From contig JABDNM010000214.1 of assembly GCA_013043825.1 (NCBI GenBank), positions 1 through 49,410 of the forward strand: 49,410 nt of DNA. The letters run 5' to 3'. Made by a program: the position numbers and the translations under genes. This DNA comes from Flavobacteriaceae bacterium. GTDB taxonomy: Bacteria > Bacteroidota > Bacteroidia > Flavobacteriales > Flavobacteriaceae. Under the pieces are notes generated by a model, which worked only from the letters and a program-made list of their open reading frames with translations, searched no databases and was not told where the DNA came from. Below are positions 45,354-49,410 of the stretch, one piece after another. Position 1 is the first letter of the stretch. Every line of letters starts with the position of its first letter.

Positions 45354-47858
45354 CTATTTTCCTAAAGATAATAGATTTGCAAAAAGACGGTAGGCACCGG
45401 ACACACCGGCAGGTAGCTCACGAAAGAAACTGATCCCAGTATATACGTAGTGCCCTTTACCGTATTGGGCAACAAGCAAAGATCCTTTCGTTTCCGGTTC
45501 GTCATTATCTTTCATGCCAAGAATTGGGGTGAACTCCTCACTCCATTCGTTCGGGAAATACAATCCACGTTCCTGCACCCAGCCTTCAAAATCGTTCATG
45601 GTGATCTTATTGGGTTTGTTCAATACCGGATGCTTGGGCGCAAGTATGGTCACAGTGGAGAATTCATCGGTTACCCGGTCGCGGCTCAATTTCAGTGGAA
45701 AAGGAGCAAGGTCATCGGTGACCAATCGGCGATTGGTGTTGTATTGAAGTAGGAGCGTCCCACCGTTATTCACATATTTATTCAACTCGGTTTGTTTGAA
45801 CTCGAGTTCGGGAACCGTATTGTAAGCCCGAATTCCAACCACTATTGCATCGAATCGTTTCAGGTTATTTGCAGATATCTCCCCGGGTTCGATCACAGTG
45901 ACCTGATAGCCAATTTGTCGTAAACTCTCAGGGATGGCATCTCCGGCACCTTCTATATAACCAATATTCTCGCCTCTCTTCTCAATTGGAATACGCGCCA
46001 CTTTCGCTTGTGAATTCACTAGAACCGACTGAAACGGAATGTGCTCATAATCGATAGTGATCAACTCCTTATTGTGGAAACGATCTCCCACTTGAAGTAA
46101 TGGTTTGAGGTAGCCTTCGCTCTGGTCTTTGGGCGGCTTCACATTGAAGATAACAGTTTGTGTTGATCCTTCCTGGCCTAGTGAAAATGTATGCTGCGCT
46201 GGCGAGACGATCCATCCTTTGGGGTGCTCAAGAGTCACAGTACCGGTGATATTTTCTCTTCCCGCTTTCACCACAACTGGAATACTCCTGGCATTCTCAT
46301 TAGAAAAAATAAGTACTTTATCGGGGATGGACGCCGTCACTTCGGGTAATACTTCGAAGGGCCTGTAAACTTCTCCTTTTACCGGATCGGTGAATTTGTA
46401 AATTATGTTTTTACTGAAATGGATCTCATTACCCATTATGCTCATATTGAATGTGACAGGAAATGGTAACGGTATTTCAGGTAACCCGATCATTTCGGGG
46501 TCGCTCACTTTGTACAATCCTAAACTGCCTTTCTCTTTCAACCAGTATGGGGTGCTATAATTTGTAGCATTGAAGGTGTTTTCAGTACTGGTGAAATTAA
46601 GTTTTTCATTATTCTGAAGGGGAGTTGCGAGCAGCTGGGCCGGAAACTGGATGACAGATGAACTAATAGAATTCAGCTTCATAGGAACTGCCGAACGGTT
46701 TACAACTTCTGCAGTTACTATCAGATTTCCTTGAGGTGACGTAGACTGCTTACTGGCCACAACTTCCAGGAATAGTCCGGAACAATTCAAAATGAGGTTC
46801 TTAATCTCTTCTGTTTTTACTGTTCTCCAATGGTCATCATCAAGTTGTTCGATGAGTTTGTACGCTTCCAAAAGATCGGGTACAATAGCCGAAGGGTCTG
46901 TAAAATCAAAATTCAGTTCAGCTTTCTTTAAAATTGCCCCAATGGCTTGTCCTCCCTTCACTCGGGACCAGGAGGTATCGATTCCTTCGAAGAGATTCGA
47001 TTTGTTGGTGGTAGCATCCCCTTTCAGGAATTCAAGATATTCGGTTTGGCTCCCGCGACTTCCCGAAGATCCAAAACCCTGCGATTTATGCATACTTCGG
47101 CTCATGGCCGCAATCTCCCCATTGGAAAGGCCCAAAACTGGATAATAGCCTCCGGTCTCAACTTCAATGATATTTGTTTTATCGGCTTTTTCAAAGTTTT
47201 CTCTACTTCCGTAGAACCACCATGACGTATTGAAATACAACCGCTTGGGTTGCCAGGTTCCATAGGTAGCTGCGGTTTCGGGATAGTTGGTCTCATTTCC
47301 CACCAGATCGAAGGCTTCAACGCTTAGCATAGCAGAAGATGTATGATGCCCATGTGTAGTGCCCGGATTCCTATGATTAAATCGATTGACAATAATGTCT
47401 GGTTTGAATTTTCTAATGGCTCGCACCACATCGCTCGTTATTGCGTCCTTGTTCCAGAGAGCCAGAGTCTCATCGGGATGCTTGGAGTACCCGAAATCAT
47501 TGGCTCGAGTAAATAGTTGATATCCACCATCAATGTTTCTGGCTGCAAGTAATTCCTGGGTACGGATCACTCCCAACAGTTCCCGGATTTCAGGCCCAAC
47601 CAAATTCTGACCTCCATCGCCGCGTGTCATGGAAAGGTAAGCCGTGCGTGCTTTGATATCGTTTGACAAATACGAAATTAACCGCGTATTCTCATCATCC
47701 GGATGTGCGGCAATGTACATGGCCGATCCCAGGAAGTTCAACTTCTGAAGATCATGAAAGAGTTCAGAGGCCGAAGGTTTTTCGGGTTTCTGAGCAAATA
47801 AACTAATGGAAAGGAGGCAGGTCGTTAGTAAGGAGAAGCCAAGTTTCTTGTAATTCAC
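45354..47858 (-). CDS. Secreted PIG-L/LmbE-family deacetylase with Ig-like and class I glutamine-amidotransferase-like domains
   Basis: Signal peptide; AHPDDE, T.G.GG, R..EL..A and HGHH; GTG start. Confidence 0.88.
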   Translation of the reverse strand: MNYKKLGFSLLTTCLLSISLFAQKPEKPSASELFHDLQKLNFLGSAMYIAAHPDDENTRLISYLSNDIKARTAYLSMTRGDGGQNLVGPEIRELLGVIRTQELLAARNIDGGYQLFTRANDFGYSKHPDETLALWNKDAITSDVVRAIRKFKPDIIVNRFNHRNPGTTHGHHTSSAMLSVEAFDLVGNETNYPETAATYGTWQPKRLYFNTSWWFYGSRENFEKADKTNIIEVETGGYYPVLGLSNGEIAAMSRSMHKSQGFGSSGSRGSQTEYLEFLKGDATTNKSNLFEGIDTSWSRVKGGQAIGAILKKAELNFDFTDPSAIVPDLLEAYKLIEQLDDDHWRTVKTEEIKNLILNCSGLFLEVVASKQSTSPQGNLIVTAEVVNRSAVPMKLNSISSSVIQFPAQLLATPLQNNEKLNFTSTENTFNATNYSTPYWLKEKGSLGLYKVSDPEMIGLPEIPLPFPVTFNMSIMGNEIHFSKNIIYKFTDPVKGEVYRPFEVLPEVTASIPDKVLIFSNENARSIPVVVKAGRENITGTVTLEHPKGWIVSPAQHTFSLGQEGSTQTVIFNVKPPKDQSEGYLKPLLQVGDRFHNKELITIDYEHIPFQSVLVNSQAKVARIPIEKRGENIGYIEGAGDAIPESLRQIGYQVTVIEPGEISANNLKRFDAIVVGIRAYNTVPELEFKQTELNKYVNNGGTLLLQYNTNRRLVTDDLAPFPLKLSRDRVTDEFSTVTILAPKHPVLNKPNKITMNDFEGWVQERGLYFPNEWSEEFTPILGMKDNDEPETKGSLLVAQYGKGHYVYTGISFFRELPAGVSGAYRLFANLLSLGK

Positions 47859-47940
47859 ATTGAGTGCTTTTGGTTACTCTCAAAGATATTGAAATTCGGG
47901 TTTTGGAATTACCTCTTGGGATTTCTTTAACATTGAAGCT

Positions 47941-48855
47941 TCAAAGCCCTAATGAATCTCGTAGAGAAAGATAACGATTGCTGTTTTTACTCCAGTAAGC
48001 TGTTTGGATCCGTGCCAATTTTTCGGCAGTGGATTTGAGCCCATTGGCATGGGTTTCCTCCCAACGTTCGATCGTATACGGGAAATCACTATTGAAGTAT
48101 ATTTTTAACTCACGTTTAATGTCTGTATAGGAGAGTGTGTAAGTTGTAATGGAATCACCTTGAATCAAATTAGCGGATGCCGAATGTGCGGTTATTGGTT
48201 GGTGACTCATTCTGAAATAATCAAAGCTTGGTAATATACTGATTGTCCCCGTTGGCAAGTCATTTGGGTTGATGCGGATGAGATTCCAAATTTCATTTTC
48301 CAACCAAGTTTTTGAAATATTCAGCTGTTGATCGGCTTCACCTTCAAAATAGGAATGAGCCATAATCTCAAAGTCTTTTCTATTATTCAGCTGAATGTAA
48401 ACATGACCACACCATTCCTGCATGGAGTGGGTTACTTTCAGGGCATGGTCGTCATAATTTATCGGACTGAAAGTACTTGTCATCACCGAGTTTGGATAGA
48501 TCCCAGTGACGAATTTTTTGGTTTGATTCAGCTTGAGCACAGCTAGATTGTCTGGGTTGGAACCATCTGCCTTTACTTGTTCATTGGGAAGGAAATCTTC
48601 GGTAACAAATACATTGACAGCAGTACCATTACGTAGTTCACCATAACGTTCCTGTGTTAGTTTGTAAGAAGTGATCTCTGCGGTGCCTGCATACCAGTAG
48701 TCCTTGAATTGCTGCGATAATTCCCGTGGCTCCAAATCTCCTTTATTAAGCCGCAAGTTTGAGCTAATTGCAAGTGTATTAGTTTCCGAAGAATTACATG
48801 CCGTAATTAGTAGTGCAAAAAGCAAAACGAGAAGGAAGGAGGGAAGATATTTCAT
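47941..48855 (-). CDS. Conserved hypothetical lipoprotein
   Basis: Lipobox ITA-C; YWYAG.AEI.SY.L.Q.RYGE.R and QEWCGH; no Maf motifs. Confidence 0.75.
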   Translation of the reverse strand: MKYLPSFLLVLLFALLITACNSSETNTLAISSNLRLNKGDLEPRELSQQFKDYWYAGTAEITSYKLTQERYGELRNGTAVNVFVTEDFLPNEQVKADGSNPDNLAVLKLNQTKKFVTGIYPNSVMTSTFSPINYDDHALKVTHSMQEWCGHVYIQLNNRKDFEIMAHSYFEGEADQQLNISKTWLENEIWNLIRINPNDLPTGTISILPSFDYFRMSHQPITAHSASANLIQGDSITTYTLSYTDIKRELKIYFNSDFPYTIERWEETHANGLKSTAEKLARIQTAYWSKNSNRYLSLRDSLGL

Positions 48856-48922
48856 GGCAAAAAATATTTCGGTAAAAATACAACTTTAGGCAGCCGCCTA
48901 GTCTTAAAATAAATTTAAAAAT

Positions 48923-49410
48923 CTAGGCTCCATCATTTGCAATCTCCACTAAACTCTTATAGACCAGACGGGTAGGAAGCCCCATCACATTGAAGAAACA
49001 TCCCTCCAATCGATCGATCGCTACATAACCAAGCCAGTCCTGGATGCCATAACTGCCAGCTTTGTCAAAAGGTTTATATTTTGAAATGTAATGTTCTATC
49101 TCTTCATTGGTAAGCTCCTTGAACCAGACTTTAGTTCGATCGTTTACCATTCGCTGTCCCTTTTTGGATGTAAAACACACCGAAGAATACACCTCGTGTA
49201 CGTTTCCGCTTAGATTTCGAAGCATTGATCTGGCTTCTGCTTCATTCGCCGGCTTACCTATGGCTTGGTTGTCCTTCCACACGATTGTGTCGCTGGTAAC
49301 TACAATGGCATTATCGGCAAGTTCAGTGAAGGCCGAGGCTTTTAATCGGGCCAGGTAGTCGGTGATTGCAGGACCTTTTAATTCGGGAGGATAAATCTCC
49401 TCTACTTCGC
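48923..49410 (-). CDS. maf: Maf-family nucleotide pyrophosphatase (5' end outside the window)
   Basis: The frame stays open to the window edge (EVEEIYPP...LARLKA...TSDTIV); motifs GKP, DKAGSYGIQ and NVMGLP. Confidence 0.93.
   Translation of the reverse strand, partial: EVEEIYPPELKGPAITDYLARLKASAFTELADNAIVVTSDTIVWKDNQAIGKPANEAEARSMLRNLSGNVHEVYSSVCFTSKKGQRMVNDRTKVWFKELTNEEIEHYISKYKPFDKAGSYGIQDWLGYVAIDRLEGCFFNVMGLPTRLVYKSLVEIANDGA

Noticed and set aside
47941-48855. Calling this gene a second Maf protein because of its position
   Set aside because: It is a lipoprotein with none of the Maf motifs seen in the adjacent gene.

Overview
A gene-dense chromosomal segment from a Bacteroidota bacterium, most likely Flavobacteriaceae. 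This rests on TAnnTTTG (-7) promoter boxes, AT-rich start regions without Shine-Dalgarno sites, a T9SS-type C-terminal domain and an Asp-type MurA. It holds about 45 mostly housekeeping CDSs (purB, cobB, rdgB, a DEAD-box helicase, rlmH, nadC, priA, rpsF-rpsR-rplI, hisS, HU, fmt, recQ, murA, a photolyase, Maf), one tRNA-Met(CAT), and two small membrane ORFs missed by the ORF track. I saw no mobile element, prophage or CRISPR array. The most striking unexplained structure is the 775-bp non-coding gap between a DUF4252 gene and purB (622-1396). It is a tandem array of three ~240-bp cassettes. Each has a CGAAAACAC box preceded at 21-bp period by a related half-site, a promoter-like element, and a ~110-130-nt three-hairpin RNA ending in a terminator-like stem. 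Two of these RNAs share a 35-36-nt core with a compensatory base-pair change and have CCCC-containing loops. This looks like a family of co-regulated paralogous small RNAs. Related CCC(C)AA motifs in some mRNA leaders and an orphan LytTR regulator in the window suggest, as a hypothesis only, a regulatory circuit. All product calls come from recognising motifs by eye; no database search was run.
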